From: a virus
Taxonomy: Duplodnaviria; Caudoviricetes
Virus record (IMG/VR): IMGVR_UViG_3300022074_000053
Span: 1-54,361 of that record
Length of the DNA: 54,361 nt
Reading direction: 5' to 3' (one strand)
In this document: positions 9,683 to 19,827 of the stretch, in pieces
Position numbering within the stretch: the first letter of the stretch is position 1
How the letters are laid out: every line of letters begins with the position of its first letter
The notes under the pieces: model-generated
Seen by the model: the letters and a program-made list of their open reading frames with translations, nothing else
Databases searched by the model: none
Told to the model about the DNA's origin: nothing
Position numbers and translations under genes: made by a program

Positions 9683-9737
9683 TTACTTAACGTTGTAAAT
9701 CTTTACATAGTATATAGAAAAAAAAGAAAGGTGTCAA
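9672..9737 (-). promoter_or_regulatory. hli promoter (TTGACA-17-TATACT) with HLR1-like half-sites at 10-bp period
   Basis: -35 at 9732-9737, -10 at 9709-9714; + strand octamers GTTACAGT (9672), TTTACTTA (9682), GTTGTAAA (9692), TTTACATA (9702). Confidence 0.6.
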
Positions 9738-9759
9738 GCCCTTCTGTGAGTATATTCAT

Positions 9760-10548
9760 TTATTTCGCTTCAAATCCAGGTGGAAGTCTACCAGCATAAG
9801 GATTATATTCAAACATATCATTCCAATTTACATCTGGAGATTGATTTCTCCAAAACTGCCAAAGACCTTCATGACTACTTTTATGGAAGGCATCAATATG
9901 AATATCATGAATATCAGATCCCAATTCAATCTTATAAAGAAATAAAGGGATAGCAAAAGTATTACCAGAGTTATAAATTAAATCATCTGCTACAGCACGA
10001 GGTTTCATACCCTGGTCAAGTTTGTACTTATCACCACGACAATGAAGGTCAACTAACTTTTGAGCATGTCTCCTAGTAATCAAATAACAAGCAGTAGAGA
10101 AGTCATTGACATATCTCTTATGAAGTTGAACTGTTATTGAAGCAGGATTTATTATGGCAAGTTGAACAACATCATAATCATAAGGAATCTTTGAATAAAA
10201 ATCTTTCCAAGTAAATCCCCAGTGAAATACATTTGATATATCACAATCATCTTCCATCATTAGAAGACAAGGTTCATCTGTCTCCAAAAACATCTTAAGT
10301 GCTTTTAGATGAGAAGTAACACAACCAACTTCTCCCGATGTCATTTGATCAGGATATCTACCTTTTAGTATTTCTCCCAAATCATTGTCACCTCTACCAT
10401 CATAAGCAGAAATACGTTGATAGTTTTCTATCTGCCAATACTTAAATTGCTCTTCCATAAACTTCCAACGTTCTGGTTTATCATCTAAGTTGATAACATA
10501 TATCGGAGGAAGTCCTTTTAGTTTATATACCGCTTTGTTTTTATCCAT
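9760..10548 (-). CDS. glycosyltransferase family 25
   Basis: YVINLD..PER, RISAYDG, GEVGCVTSH, MEDD motifs. Confidence 0.88.
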   Translation of the reverse strand: MDKNKAVYKLKGLPPIYVINLDDKPERWKFMEEQFKYWQIENYQRISAYDGRGDNDLGEILKGRYPDQMTSGEVGCVTSHLKALKMFLETDEPCLLMMEDDCDISNVFHWGFTWKDFYSKIPYDYDVVQLAIINPASITVQLHKRYVNDFSTACYLITRRHAQKLVDLHCRGDKYKLDQGMKPRAVADDLIYNSGNTFAIPLFLYKIELGSDIHDIHIDAFHKSSHEGLWQFWRNQSPDVNWNDMFEYNPYAGRLPPGFEAK

Positions 10549-10550
10549 TG

Positions 10551-11309
10551 TTAAGATAGAACGTCTTCAATAATCATGTTGAACATCTTTGTCTTTTTCT
10601 CCAAAGGATCGTTAGATCCTTTCCAATTTGAATGCCAATTAGTCGCAGCACGGTAATGAATAAACTTACAATCTAAATGTAATTCTATATTATAACCTCT
10701 GGTTACTTCTTCATTTTGAAGTTCTATATCATTGTAGTGAGTTGGATACGTAGGTGAAACCTCATCAGTTTTTTTCATTTCAATACCAGTATTCTTAAAA
10801 TACCAATATGTCTGACCACCGACATCAGTCATTTGCCCATCAACCATACCGTCAGAAAAATCGATATTCTTATCTTCAATCTTAGGCATATTAAAAAACA
10901 TGATACCATTCCACATGTATTCTACATGAGATCTTTGTTGAGGAAGTCCAGCAATAATGGCATCTTCCATATAATCTTCTATACAAAATTCATCAATTAA
11001 AAACATATCAGAGTCTAAGAAAAATACTATATCTTCACTATGATTTTTTCTGATGATATTATCATATGTCCACTGAACAGTGTGAGCACAAGCTTGTGCT
11101 GGATTTAGTGGTTTGTTTGTTGGCGGTTTTCTATAATACTCAAGTTCATTTAAAGAACAAGCAACTTGAAACTGCTCTTTAATTTCTGGATCAACTGAGT
11201 CATCAACAATATGAAATTTGTATTCATCTTTCAAAAACTTTTTAAATAGAGTTTCTTGAAGAATAACAAAGTCGGGACGATTTACTACTGATGTGAAAAT
11301 ATGAATCAT
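10551..11309 (-). CDS. putative glycosyltransferase (GT-A fold)
   Basis: IVDDS and FLDSDMF (DXD) motifs; inside glycosylation island. Confidence 0.55.
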   Translation of the reverse strand: MIHIFTSVVNRPDFVILQETLFKKFLKDEYKFHIVDDSVDPEIKEQFQVACSLNELEYYRKPPTNKPLNPAQACAHTVQWTYDNIIRKNHSEDIVFFLDSDMFLIDEFCIEDYMEDAIIAGLPQQRSHVEYMWNGIMFFNMPKIEDKNIDFSDGMVDGQMTDVGGQTYWYFKNTGIEMKKTDEVSPTYPTHYNDIELQNEEVTRGYNIELHLDCKFIHYRAATNWHSNWKGSNDPLEKKTKMFNMIIEDVLS

Positions 11310-12202
11310 AATTGTTCCCTCACCCAATTTTCAAGTTTAACTTTGGGTCTCCACCCAAAAGTATTGTACATTTTCTCATTATTCGCACAAGTAACTCTGG
11401 ACTCACCAATACGTGGAGAAATATTAGTGGTGTTATCAGAGATCATTGCTGCTACTTCATTGACAGAATAGTTCACACCATTGCCAATGTTGTAAACCTG
11501 ACCATATGCTTCTTCATCAGCATTGCTGATTGCTGCCATAATATTAGCATTAACAACATCACCAACATATGTAAAGTCTCTACGTTGCTCACCATCACCC
11601 ACAATAGTAAGAGGTTCACCAGCAGCACGTTGACGAAGGAAGATACCTACAACAGGTGCATACTGACCTTTCAACGGTTGTCTTTCACCATACACATTGA
11701 AGTATCTGAAAATAACGGTATCCAAACCAAACAGTTTGGTGTACATCGTACAAAGTTTTTCTCCATTTACTTTAGAGATTGAATATGGGTTCAAACAATT
11801 ATCTGGTTGAGTTTCAACATTAGGAACTGGATTAAATCCGTAGGAAGATGACGTAGAAGAATACATTACTTTCTTCACACCCGCCTCGCGAGCACACTGC
11901 AGAACCGTGCAGGTGCCTACAGAGTTAATACTAACTGCCTCAATAGGGTTGAGAATTGCGGGTTGAATACGTGCCTCAGCAGCGATATGAAACACATAAT
12001 CAACACCATCATAGAGTGGACGTGTGTTTTCATAATCACGAATATCGAACTTATGGTTGCTCGCATCTTCATTCCAGTAAAACTGATCGTGAGCATCAGA
12101 GAACTCATTATCAATTACTACAACTTCATGACCAAGTTCCAAAAGTTCATCTACAAGGTTGGATCCGATAAATCCTGCGCCGCCAGTAACTAGGGATTTC
12201 AT
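11306..12202 (-). CDS. NAD-dependent nucleotide-sugar epimerase/dehydratase (GalE/WbpP-like)
   Basis: TGGAGFIGS, YSSTSS, YxxxK (YSISK), RYFNVYG, RDFTYV. Confidence 0.93.
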   Translation of the reverse strand: MKSLVTGGAGFIGSNLVDELLELGHEVVVIDNEFSDAHDQFYWNEDASNHKFDIRDYENTRPLYDGVDYVFHIAAEARIQPAILNPIEAVSINSVGTCTVLQCAREAGVKKVMYSSTSSSYGFNPVPNVETQPDNCLNPYSISKVNGEKLCTMYTKLFGLDTVIFRYFNVYGERQPLKGQYAPVVGIFLRQRAAGEPLTIVGDGEQRRDFTYVGDVVNANIMAAISNADEEAYGQVYNIGNGVNYSVNEVAAMISDNTTNISPRIGESRVTCANNEKMYNTFGWRPKVKLENWVREQL

Positions 12203-12927
12203 ACAATTTTCAATGGGTGATATGTGCTAGGAGCACCAGCAAGATCAGGAACTCCTTGAAGTCTTGAAAGATCAAACTTGACACTGTCAAAAAATCTTTG
12301 GGCATCACTAACGTGAATACCTACATCACTAATCTTACAAGTGGTAACTGCTTCATTATATCCATCTTGCCTGAAGAATGGATCATTTACACAGTAAACG
12401 TTAAAGTATTTTTGAACTTCAGCAAAACCAGGATCTTGGTTGTATCCAATCACCTCTGCTGCGTGATTACTAATACGCCTGCACATATTAACATATTCAG
12501 AGGTCAAATACAAGATTGCATGACCACCAAGCATATTAAATGTGCGAACAAGATCATCACTTACTTTTTCATAATGGACAAATGGTCCGGAGAATGCTCC
12601 AAGATATCTTGCCCATTGAGAGGTTCCAAGATAAACCGCATCAGCATCTTTAGGAACTTCAATTTCTGGTTTGAATGCATCTAGAGGAATACAATCATCC
12701 TCAAAGAGAACAAAGGGTGGATCAATCTCACATAAACCATTGTAGTGAGCACCAGCACAACCAGATGGTGGATTATGTGGTCGGTAAGGTCCTTCAACAC
12801 GAAGGATAGTTTCAAATCCACACTTCGTAAGAAGTGCTTCCATCTTTTCTTTCTTGTCTGTATCTTGCGGCAAATTCATATAAACCGCAGGAATTTTTCT
12901 TAAATCAATTTGCTGCATAATTTCCAT
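12199..12927 (-). CDS. GT25-like glycosyltransferase
   Basis: YMNL, GCAGAH, LFEDD, HAILY motifs. Confidence 0.6.
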   Translation of the reverse strand: MEIMQQIDLRKIPAVYMNLPQDTDKKEKMEALLTKCGFETILRVEGPYRPHNPPSGCAGAHYNGLCEIDPPFVLFEDDCIPLDAFKPEIEVPKDADAVYLGTSQWARYLGAFSGPFVHYEKVSDDLVRTFNMLGGHAILYLTSEYVNMCRRISNHAAEVIGYNQDPGFAEVQKYFNVYCVNDPFFRQDGYNEAVTTCKISDVGIHVSDAQRFFDSVKFDLSRLQGVPDLAGAPSTYHPLKIV

Positions 12928-13654
12928 AATGATTTGGATATTGACCTGCTATAAATTTTTCATTATTAAAATGACTTTCTTTTTTTAGCGCAACTATTTT
13001 TGGTTTATATGGATAACCTGGTTGGTTAATCAATTCTTCAGGAAACATATAACATGGACTCAATTGAGTTGGTGGGTTCTCATTAAAATATTTGTTGAGA
13101 TGACTCTCATCATGCCATCTAGCAATTATACCATTCCTTTCATCCTCCTCAACTCTTTCAGAAATAGTCTTTGCCATCTTTAAGAAGGTTTTAGATTTTC
13201 CACCCACAAATGCTGCAGCATAATACTTATCATGGTCCTCATCGGAGACGTAAGCAGTAGATCCTTCTCTCTTTTCATAAGGATAAAATTCTTTACTCTC
13301 TAATACTTTATATGGATGTAATACACCAACTAAATCATCCAAAACTTCACCACCAACTGGAGAAACAATACCAACATCAGCATCAAAAAGAAACAAGTAA
13401 TCAAAATCCTTTAAGAACTCTGCTTCAGATGTAATATAATTATATTTTTTCATAGCAGGTTCTGGCCAAGGTTTGTGACCAATGTGAGATATTTTTACAT
13501 TATCAGATACCTCTTCAATTTCATGATCAGTGAATAATAGACAATTAAAATCTAATTCTTCGTCATCAAGAAAATACTTTTCAATATCTTCTAAAAGACG
13601 ATCGACAAACTGAATATACTCATTTGTTGCTATTGTAATGATACAGATTTTCAT
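12905..13654 (-). CDS. glycosyltransferase family 6 (ABO-type alpha-1,3-Gal/GalNAc transferase)
   Basis: IATNEY, LFTD, WP, FDAD, YYAAAFVGG, WHDESHLNKYF, LSPxY. Confidence 0.9.
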   Translation of the reverse strand: MKICIITIATNEYIQFVDRLLEDIEKYFLDDEELDFNCLLFTDHEIEEVSDNVKISHIGHKPWPEPAMKKYNYITSEAEFLKDFDYLFLFDADVGIVSPVGGEVLDDLVGVLHPYKVLESKEFYPYEKREGSTAYVSDEDHDKYYAAAFVGGKSKTFLKMAKTISERVEEDERNGIIARWHDESHLNKYFNENPPTQLSPCYMFPEELINQPGYPYKPKIVALKKESHFNNEKFIAGQYPNHYGNYAAN

Positions 13655-14286
13655 TTCATATCCTTAAATAAAAAATCATTATGAAATCCAGTAGTGCCCC
13701 AACCGGGATTAGAAATTGGATTATATTGGGAATAATTACATAAACACTTGTAATCATTCTTCTGTAGGAATGTTTTTACATCATACTCATTAGAATCCCA
13801 CAATTCTATGAGCATATAATTTGGTCTATATTTTTTAAGGTTTAATCCTTTCAATACTTCCAATTCATAACCTTCAACATCTAATGATAGAAAATCAATA
13901 TTTTTATTAATTTCACATTTATCTATAATAGTTTCTAGAGTTGTAGTTTGACATGTATATTCACCACCATCAACTACTTTTGTCATCAAACCATTTTCAT
14001 GATTCAGTGAAACTTGATAATCATCTTCAGCACCACAAGCAGTATTAAAGCATATAGATTTTGGTCTATTCTTTACACACTCCTTATATCTTTCTCCAGA
14101 AACTTCAATCAGTATACCAGTCCAGTTTTTTGTTTTTTCAAAAAACGCAGTATTCGATTGAATTAAACCATCATATGCTCCGAGTTCAATGAAAAAACCA
14201 TTTTCTTTATTAAAGAAAATTTCTTCGTTGAGTTTCAAATCAAATGGTATTCCCTTATTTGTAAGATTTGAAAAAGATTCACTCAT
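13651..14286 (-). CDS. FkbM family methyltransferase
   Basis: FIELGAYDG..SNT, IDFLSLDVEGYE. Confidence 0.88.
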   Translation of the reverse strand: MSESFSNLTNKGIPFDLKLNEEIFFNKENGFFIELGAYDGLIQSNTAFFEKTKNWTGILIEVSGERYKECVKNRPKSICFNTACGAEDDYQVSLNHENGLMTKVVDGGEYTCQTTTLETIIDKCEINKNIDFLSLDVEGYELEVLKGLNLKKYRPNYMLIELWDSNEYDVKTFLQKNDYKCLCNYSQYNPISNPGWGTTGFHNDFLFKDMK

Positions 14287-14290
14287 TATT

Positions 14291-15064
14291 CTACGTTTTA
14301 ACTTGCTTCAGCATAATATAGTCTTCTTTTTTTCGACCATATCTCTCAAAGAAATCATAATAACTTGTTTCTTCATCACCAGTTTTCAATTCTTTAAAGC
14401 AATCATGAAGACCATTGAAGTAGAGATTTATAACTCCCTGATCATTTGTTTTACTTGTAAAGTATTTCAATGACCATTCATTCAATAAGTCACATGTATC
14501 TTCATCAATTAAATCTGTATCATAAATGAATGTAGTTGTTTGAAAATAATCTTTTGACAAATCAAAATTTTCATTCAACTCACGATAAATTTCTGGAAAC
14601 TCTACTTTATCAAATTGATCTCTAAGTTTCCAAACCTTTGATGGATCATCAAGTGCTGCTAAGAATTTACCCCTTTCGGCAAGAGCAACAATCTTATCAA
14701 CAGGTTTGAATATTTTCATAGAAGCATCTATTCCCCAACAATATTGCCACTGTTTGAAATAGGTATGGAAAGCATAAATCTTATGCCACTGAAATGACTT
14801 TCGCACCTCTGGAAAATCAGTTCTATGTGTTATCGGTTTCTGTATTAATTTTTTGAGTTGTTCTGTTCTGTCAATTTCGGGAAAATATTTAATGATAACT
14901 TTTTCATCATCATAAGAAAGATCTTTATCTTTAAGATCATCACCAATAATAACAACGATATCACCTTCATACTTACCATTCCTTCTTAATTCTTGAATGG
15001 TCTGATGAGCTCTATCTAACCAAGGTTCATTACAATAAGTTATCACACAAAAATCTTTTTTCAT
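14291..15064 (-). CDS. putative glycosyltransferase (GT8-like)
   Basis: QWHKIYAF, IDAS, NDQGVINLYF motifs. Confidence 0.55.
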   Translation of the reverse strand: MKKDFCVITYCNEPWLDRAHQTIQELRRNGKYEGDIVVIIGDDLKDKDLSYDDEKVIIKYFPEIDRTEQLKKLIQKPITHRTDFPEVRKSFQWHKIYAFHTYFKQWQYCWGIDASMKIFKPVDKIVALAERGKFLAALDDPSKVWKLRDQFDKVEFPEIYRELNENFDLSKDYFQTTTFIYDTDLIDEDTCDLLNEWSLKYFTSKTNDQGVINLYFNGLHDCFKELKTGDEETSYYDFFERYGRKKEDYIMLKQVKT

Positions 15065-15070
15065 AATAAG

Positions 15071-15748
15071 TTACCTCTGATTTGTAAAAATGAAATTTGA
15101 ACCAAATTGAACGTTGGTATCACCATATTCTAAATCAAAACCATTATTGGTCAGATATTCATTTACATCCCTGAACAAGCATTGTCCTTCATACATTGGA
15201 TTCATCTCAAGTTCAGTGTGAATAATTTGAACTGTATCTAAAAGTGAACCAAGACTTTGAAGTGCTTTAAGTTCTGCTCCCTGAAGATCCATCCAAATGA
15301 TATCAATCTTATCAATACCATTCTTTTCACAGAACGTATCTAGACGTGTACAAGGAACTTCGATTTCATATTGAACATATTTTTCTATAAAATCATATTG
15401 ACCATTAGCACGATAAAGACTGGATGCTCCCTGATTTCCATCTTCCCATGTTGTTATAGTTTTTTCCTTGTCCATAGGATAAAACTTACATAGTCCATCA
15501 TAATTATTTACTGCTTCATTAATAACAGTAATAGAATCATAACCTTCAGTATTTTCTACACAAACATTATACGATACTGGATTTGCTTCAAACGTATATA
15601 CTTTTGCGTTTGGATATTTTTTAGATAGTTCTACAGACTCCAATGCGTGACAAGCACCAACATCAAAGATAACTTCTACTTCTTTGTTTTTGAATGTTTG
15701 AGTAAGATATGAGTTAAACACTCTCATATCCTCAACGACATATTGCAT
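15071..15748 (-). CDS. FkbM family methyltransferase
   Basis: IFDVGA, FEANP, IDIIWMDLQGAEL. Confidence 0.88.
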   Translation of the reverse strand: MQYVVEDMRVFNSYLTQTFKNKEVEVIFDVGACHALESVELSKKYPNAKVYTFEANPVSYNVCVENTEGYDSITVINEAVNNYDGLCKFYPMDKEKTITTWEDGNQGASSLYRANGQYDFIEKYVQYEIEVPCTRLDTFCEKNGIDKIDIIWMDLQGAELKALQSLGSLLDTVQIIHTELEMNPMYEGQCLFRDVNEYLTNNGFDLEYGDTNVQFGSNFIFTNQR

Positions 15749-15752
15749 GAGA

Positions 15753-16544
15753 TTAATTAATGAAATTCAACCAGTAATCCACCGTTAGATAATCTTGATT
15801 GTCAAAGGAGAACTTATCATAAACCTCATCAAGGTTTATAGAATTCAAATCAGACCAATTATCAACAAATAGAACAGGCATATTTTTATATAGACGCTCC
15901 ATAGAACCCTCTCTTTTGATAACAGGAACTCGACGCATCATCAAAATTTCCCAGGTCCTATGACAATCAAGACCATTACCTCTAGGACTTAAAACAAACT
16001 TATGATCCCTAATTCTTTGTAGATATTCTGAATAAGAAAGGTTTGGTTCATCAATTGAGATGAACTTCATTTGTGATGCTGAATCATAACAAAATTGACG
16101 TTCTGCTAAAGAAGTATTTTTATTACAGTTTAAATATGCTGTCTTTACAGGATCATATTCTTTATTTCTTGATTCAATCAACCATTTAGTCTTAGGTCCA
16201 AAAGTTGCTTCCCATCTTTTATTTTCAAATCCAATAGGCAGTGGAATAACCTTTTCAGAATAAGAATTTTGTCCATACCACTCATCCCAACAAGTAAGTT
16301 GCTGAACATCTATACCATTAGGATTGTCTGTCGGACCATCATACAAACAATGATCACTATTAGAGGTAATAATTTTCAAAGATTTTCTTTTGTTTAGAAT
16401 ATCTTTGAACGATAATATGTGGTGAGTATCAATATAAATCGCATCTCCATCCTCTATGGTATATGGATCACAATAAAGTTGATCATAATGAATCAATACT
16501 TTATCAGCAACTTGAGGATACGACTCGCCTCGGATTATATTCAT
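15753..16544 (-). CDS. exostosin/GT47-like glycosyltransferase
   Basis: LPIG, FVLSPRGNGLDCHRTWE..PV motif. Confidence 0.65.
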   Translation of the reverse strand: MNIIRGESYPQVADKVLIHYDQLYCDPYTIEDGDAIYIDTHHILSFKDILNKRKSLKIITSNSDHCLYDGPTDNPNGIDVQQLTCWDEWYGQNSYSEKVIPLPIGFENKRWEATFGPKTKWLIESRNKEYDPVKTAYLNCNKNTSLAERQFCYDSASQMKFISIDEPNLSYSEYLQRIRDHKFVLSPRGNGLDCHRTWEILMMRRVPVIKREGSMERLYKNMPVLFVDNWSDLNSINLDEVYDKFSFDNQDYLTVDYWLNFIN

Positions 16545-17365
16545 AAGAATGGTGCCGTAACTTTAGAGTGAATGTGAAGATTGATAATTGGATATTCCTT
16601 ACCATCATATTTCACGTATGGTTTTTTGTCAATCATCACAGGAACAAGTTCACCACTCTGAATACCACGACCTATATCATGCGTATGATGAGCAAATCCT
16701 GGAGCATGACCTTGATGTGTTCCACCAAAAAATTGTCCATATGAGGAAGGATCAAATACTATATTAGTTTCATTTGGAAAAATATTGAGTTTTCTAATTA
16801 AATCTGGATTTCTATCCATTATTCCACATATCAATCTCATCTCATTTGCCATACCAGATGACGAATACTCAACCTGTAGAGATGGATTAAAAACTACATC
16901 ATGTAGAATATGACAAATTTTATTTGTTTTTTCTATACTGCCAAATCGTGAGAACCCAAACACCACTTCTAAGTTATTATGATAGGTAATATAAAGACCA
17001 TCAAAATCATTGATTAGATGTTCAAATTGATTAGATGATTGAAACATAAGAACATCAGAATCAAAATGATAACAAGCATCAAGATTCAAATGAACCATCG
17101 CATCTCTGACAAGAAAAACTCTGAATATAGATGTTCTCCAAAGTTGATTAGATTCTGTTCTGAACAAATTCATGTCCATAACTCTTAAGGTTTGTTCAGA
17201 AGCAATATCTTTTACTTGAAGGACTTCTACACCATCTATATCAACATCTTGATCTGTTACAAATATAATTCTTGATTCTGGATCAACTCTATCAATAGTT
17301 CTAAAAGAATCTATTAGATAATCTGGTGGCAATTGTCCGATGTGACAATGGATATAACTTATCAT
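16541..17365 (-). CDS. putative glycosyltransferase-like protein
   Basis: HFDSDVL (DXD), FDPSSYGQ, NLHIHSK; island context. Confidence 0.5.
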   Translation of the reverse strand: MISYIHCHIGQLPPDYLIDSFRTIDRVDPESRIIFVTDQDVDIDGVEVLQVKDIASEQTLRVMDMNLFRTESNQLWRTSIFRVFLVRDAMVHLNLDACYHFDSDVLMFQSSNQFEHLINDFDGLYITYHNNLEVVFGFSRFGSIEKTNKICHILHDVVFNPSLQVEYSSSGMANEMRLICGIMDRNPDLIRKLNIFPNETNIVFDPSSYGQFFGGTHQGHAPGFAHHTHDIGRGIQSGELVPVMIDKKPYVKYDGKEYPIINLHIHSKVTAPFL

Positions 17366-18117
17366 TCTATCCCTCTCTTATATCCATGACACGAAACAAA
17401 ATCAAAGTCATCTTTAAATTCATCTAAATGAGATTTGACTGGAATGAATGAAATATCCTCCCACACTAATTGCCTTTGCTGACACATATCTGGATAATTC
17501 AAAATCATATAATTAGCGTAAATATCCCATTCACTCATACAAGATCCTTCAGTATAATCAAGGATACTTATAATAATTTCAAATAAAGATTCGCATTCAA
17601 ATCTATTTTCAATAGTGGTATGCATCTCTGCCATCTTCTCCTTATTAAAGATCATGTGATGAGAAATAGCAGAGAAACCTATTGTTTTTTCAATTCCAAA
17701 AAGTTTCTTGATTGGTTCGAGATAAGGTTTATGATATTCTTCTGCTCTACAGAAGAAGAACTTATCAGAATCAAATGGTATATCTCTCAAAAATATTGTA
17801 TCGGAATCAACAAGGACATAAGAATCAGAAAGTTCTGGAATAACCTTGAAAGCATATAACTTCAGAAACTGCTGATATACCCATTTTGTTCTATACAAAA
17901 AATGTGGAGCATGAGAAGAGAACTTCTGAGCAATTTTTTCTTTATCAATATACTTGAAGTATCTTTCTTCTGGTACATGAATTGTTCCTTCTATTCGAGG
18001 ATCTTCCATCGAAACAATAAAAATTCTGCCCGCAGAAGAAATATTTCCTATTCCTTTAACACACAATTTAAGTGATGGGAAATCTTTAGGGTGACAAGGT
18101 ATTACAAAATCAATCAT
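17362..18117 (-). CDS. putative glycosyltransferase-like protein
   Basis: VIPCHPKD, WVYQQFLKL, VDSDTIF (DXD), SEWDIY. Confidence 0.55.
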   Translation of the reverse strand: MIDFVIPCHPKDFPSLKLCVKGIGNISSAGRIFIVSMEDPRIEGTIHVPEERYFKYIDKEKIAQKFSSHAPHFLYRTKWVYQQFLKLYAFKVIPELSDSYVLVDSDTIFLRDIPFDSDKFFFCRAEEYHKPYLEPIKKLFGIEKTIGFSAISHHMIFNKEKMAEMHTTIENRFECESLFEIIISILDYTEGSCMSEWDIYANYMILNYPDMCQQRQLVWEDISFIPVKSHLDEFKDDFDFVSCHGYKRGIE

Positions 18118-18914
18118 CAAATAACCTCCCAACCATCAAGATAAAGGTCTTTTGTATCCTTACCTAAACTTTCATGAAACCAATATGAAGGTGCTACAGT
18201 TTTTTTGCTTTTCGCCAACCAAGATCCCCACCATGAAAATGAAGAATTTCCAATCACATGATAATCACATAGAGATTGAAGACACAAATCAACTGCTGTA
18301 TTATTACCTTCAGCAAAAATAAATCTATCTCCCCGAAATATCTCCTGCTCTTTACACCAATCTATTCCATCAGAAAAAACAAGAACAGGGATGTCATCTG
18401 GCATACGAGACAATCCTTCTTTGTAATAATCAGTCGTTTGTTTGATGTGATGGTAGTATTCAAGATAATCACCTCTTCGGATATGTACAGCAATAACTTC
18501 AGTATCACCAAAATTTTGTTTGAATGATTCTTCAGTAGGAATACAAATCTCATCTACAAAAGTAAATGCGGATCTTATTTCTTTTTCAATATGTTTGAAA
18601 TATTTTTCTGTTTGAAAGTATCCATAAAGAGAAATATTATCAGGACAATTATCCCACAAATTTTGATCTAATTCAAAACCTGCCTCCATAACCTTAGGAA
18701 AATTAGTAACATACTTAGGAGCATCAGGAATATTGAAACACTCAAACATAGTGATGTCTGAATTTACACAGTTAATATCTCTAGTTGCTACAACAGATCT
18801 TGGAGGTAAACAATACTCATAATCATGCTTCGCAGCAAGACCACGAAGTGATGTATATTGGAACATTTGATTTCCAAGTCTACCAAGATTTCCTAAGTCA
18901 TCATTTGCGAGCAT
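18117..18914 (-). CDS. alpha-1,2-fucosyltransferase (GT11)
   Basis: GRLGNQMFQY, GYFQTEKYF, HIRRGDY, FSD, NSSFSWWG. Confidence 0.92.
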   Translation of the reverse strand: MLANDDLGNLGRLGNQMFQYTSLRGLAAKHDYEYCLPPRSVVATRDINCVNSDITMFECFNIPDAPKYVTNFPKVMEAGFELDQNLWDNCPDNISLYGYFQTEKYFKHIEKEIRSAFTFVDEICIPTEESFKQNFGDTEVIAVHIRRGDYLEYYHHIKQTTDYYKEGLSRMPDDIPVLVFSDGIDWCKEQEIFRGDRFIFAEGNNTAVDLCLQSLCDYHVIGNSSFSWWGSWLAKSKKTVAPSYWFHESLGKDTKDLYLDGWEVI

Positions 18915-19827
18915 AATCTTTATACCATTCGTAAGTTGATTTGATACCTTCTTTCAAATTAATCTGAGGTTCCCACCCAAGTGCTTTAATTTTATCGACA
19001 TTCAATACTTTACGTGGAGTTCCATTTGGTTTACTAGTATCCCAATTAATGATTCCATTATATTCAACAGTATCTGAAACTAATTCAGACAAATCTTTAA
19101 TTGATACATCTTCACCAGTTCCAACATTAATTGGTTCAGGACTATTATAATCCTTCATACAAGTGAAACAAGCATCAGCAAGATCATCAACATGAAGAAA
19201 CTCTCTTTTAGCGGATCCATTTCCCCATAGTGTAACAGGTTTACCTCTTTTACCGTCATCAAACTTACGAATCATTGCTGGGAGAACATGAGATGTCTCA
19301 AGATCAAAGTTATCTTTGGGACCATATAGATTAGTAGGCATCAAAGAAATACAGTTAAATCCATACTGCTTTCTATATGCTTGACACATTTTAATGCCAG
19401 CAATCTTAGCGATAGCATAAGCATCATTGGTTGGTTCAAGAGGACCTGTCATTAAATATTCTTCTTTAATTGGTTGTTCACAGATCTTTGGATAGATACA
19501 TGAAGATCCCAAAAATAATAGTTTCTTAACTCCAAACTTACGAGCAGCGTTAATTATATTTGATTGAATCATCAAATTGTCGTAAATGAAGTGTGCCGGA
19601 TAATCCTTATTAGCACCAATTCCACCTACTTTAGCAGCAGCGAGATAAACATATTGTGGTTGATTTACTTGAAAAAATCGACCAACATCATCTTGTCTAC
19701 GAAGATCCCAATAAGAAGAAGGACTAGAAAAAATGTTCGTATATCCTTTTCTGTGAAGCATACGAACAATTGCTGATCCCACAAGACCTGTGTTCCCAGC
19801 AACATAAACTCGACTCTCACTGTCCAT
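18901..19827 (-). CDS. fcl: GDP-L-fucose synthase
   Basis: [55 protein letters not shown]. Confidence 0.96.
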   Translation of the reverse strand: MDSESRVYVAGNTGLVGSAIVRMLHRKGYTNIFSSPSSYWDLRRQDDVGRFFQVNQPQYVYLAAAKVGGIGANKDYPAHFIYDNLMIQSNIINAARKFGVKKLLFLGSSCIYPKICEQPIKEEYLMTGPLEPTNDAYAIAKIAGIKMCQAYRKQYGFNCISLMPTNLYGPKDNFDLETSHVLPAMIRKFDDGKRGKPVTLWGNGSAKREFLHVDDLADACFTCMKDYNSPEPINVGTGEDVSIKDLSELVSDTVEYNGIINWDTSKPNGTPRKVLNVDKIKALGWEPQINLKEGIKSTYEWYKDYARK

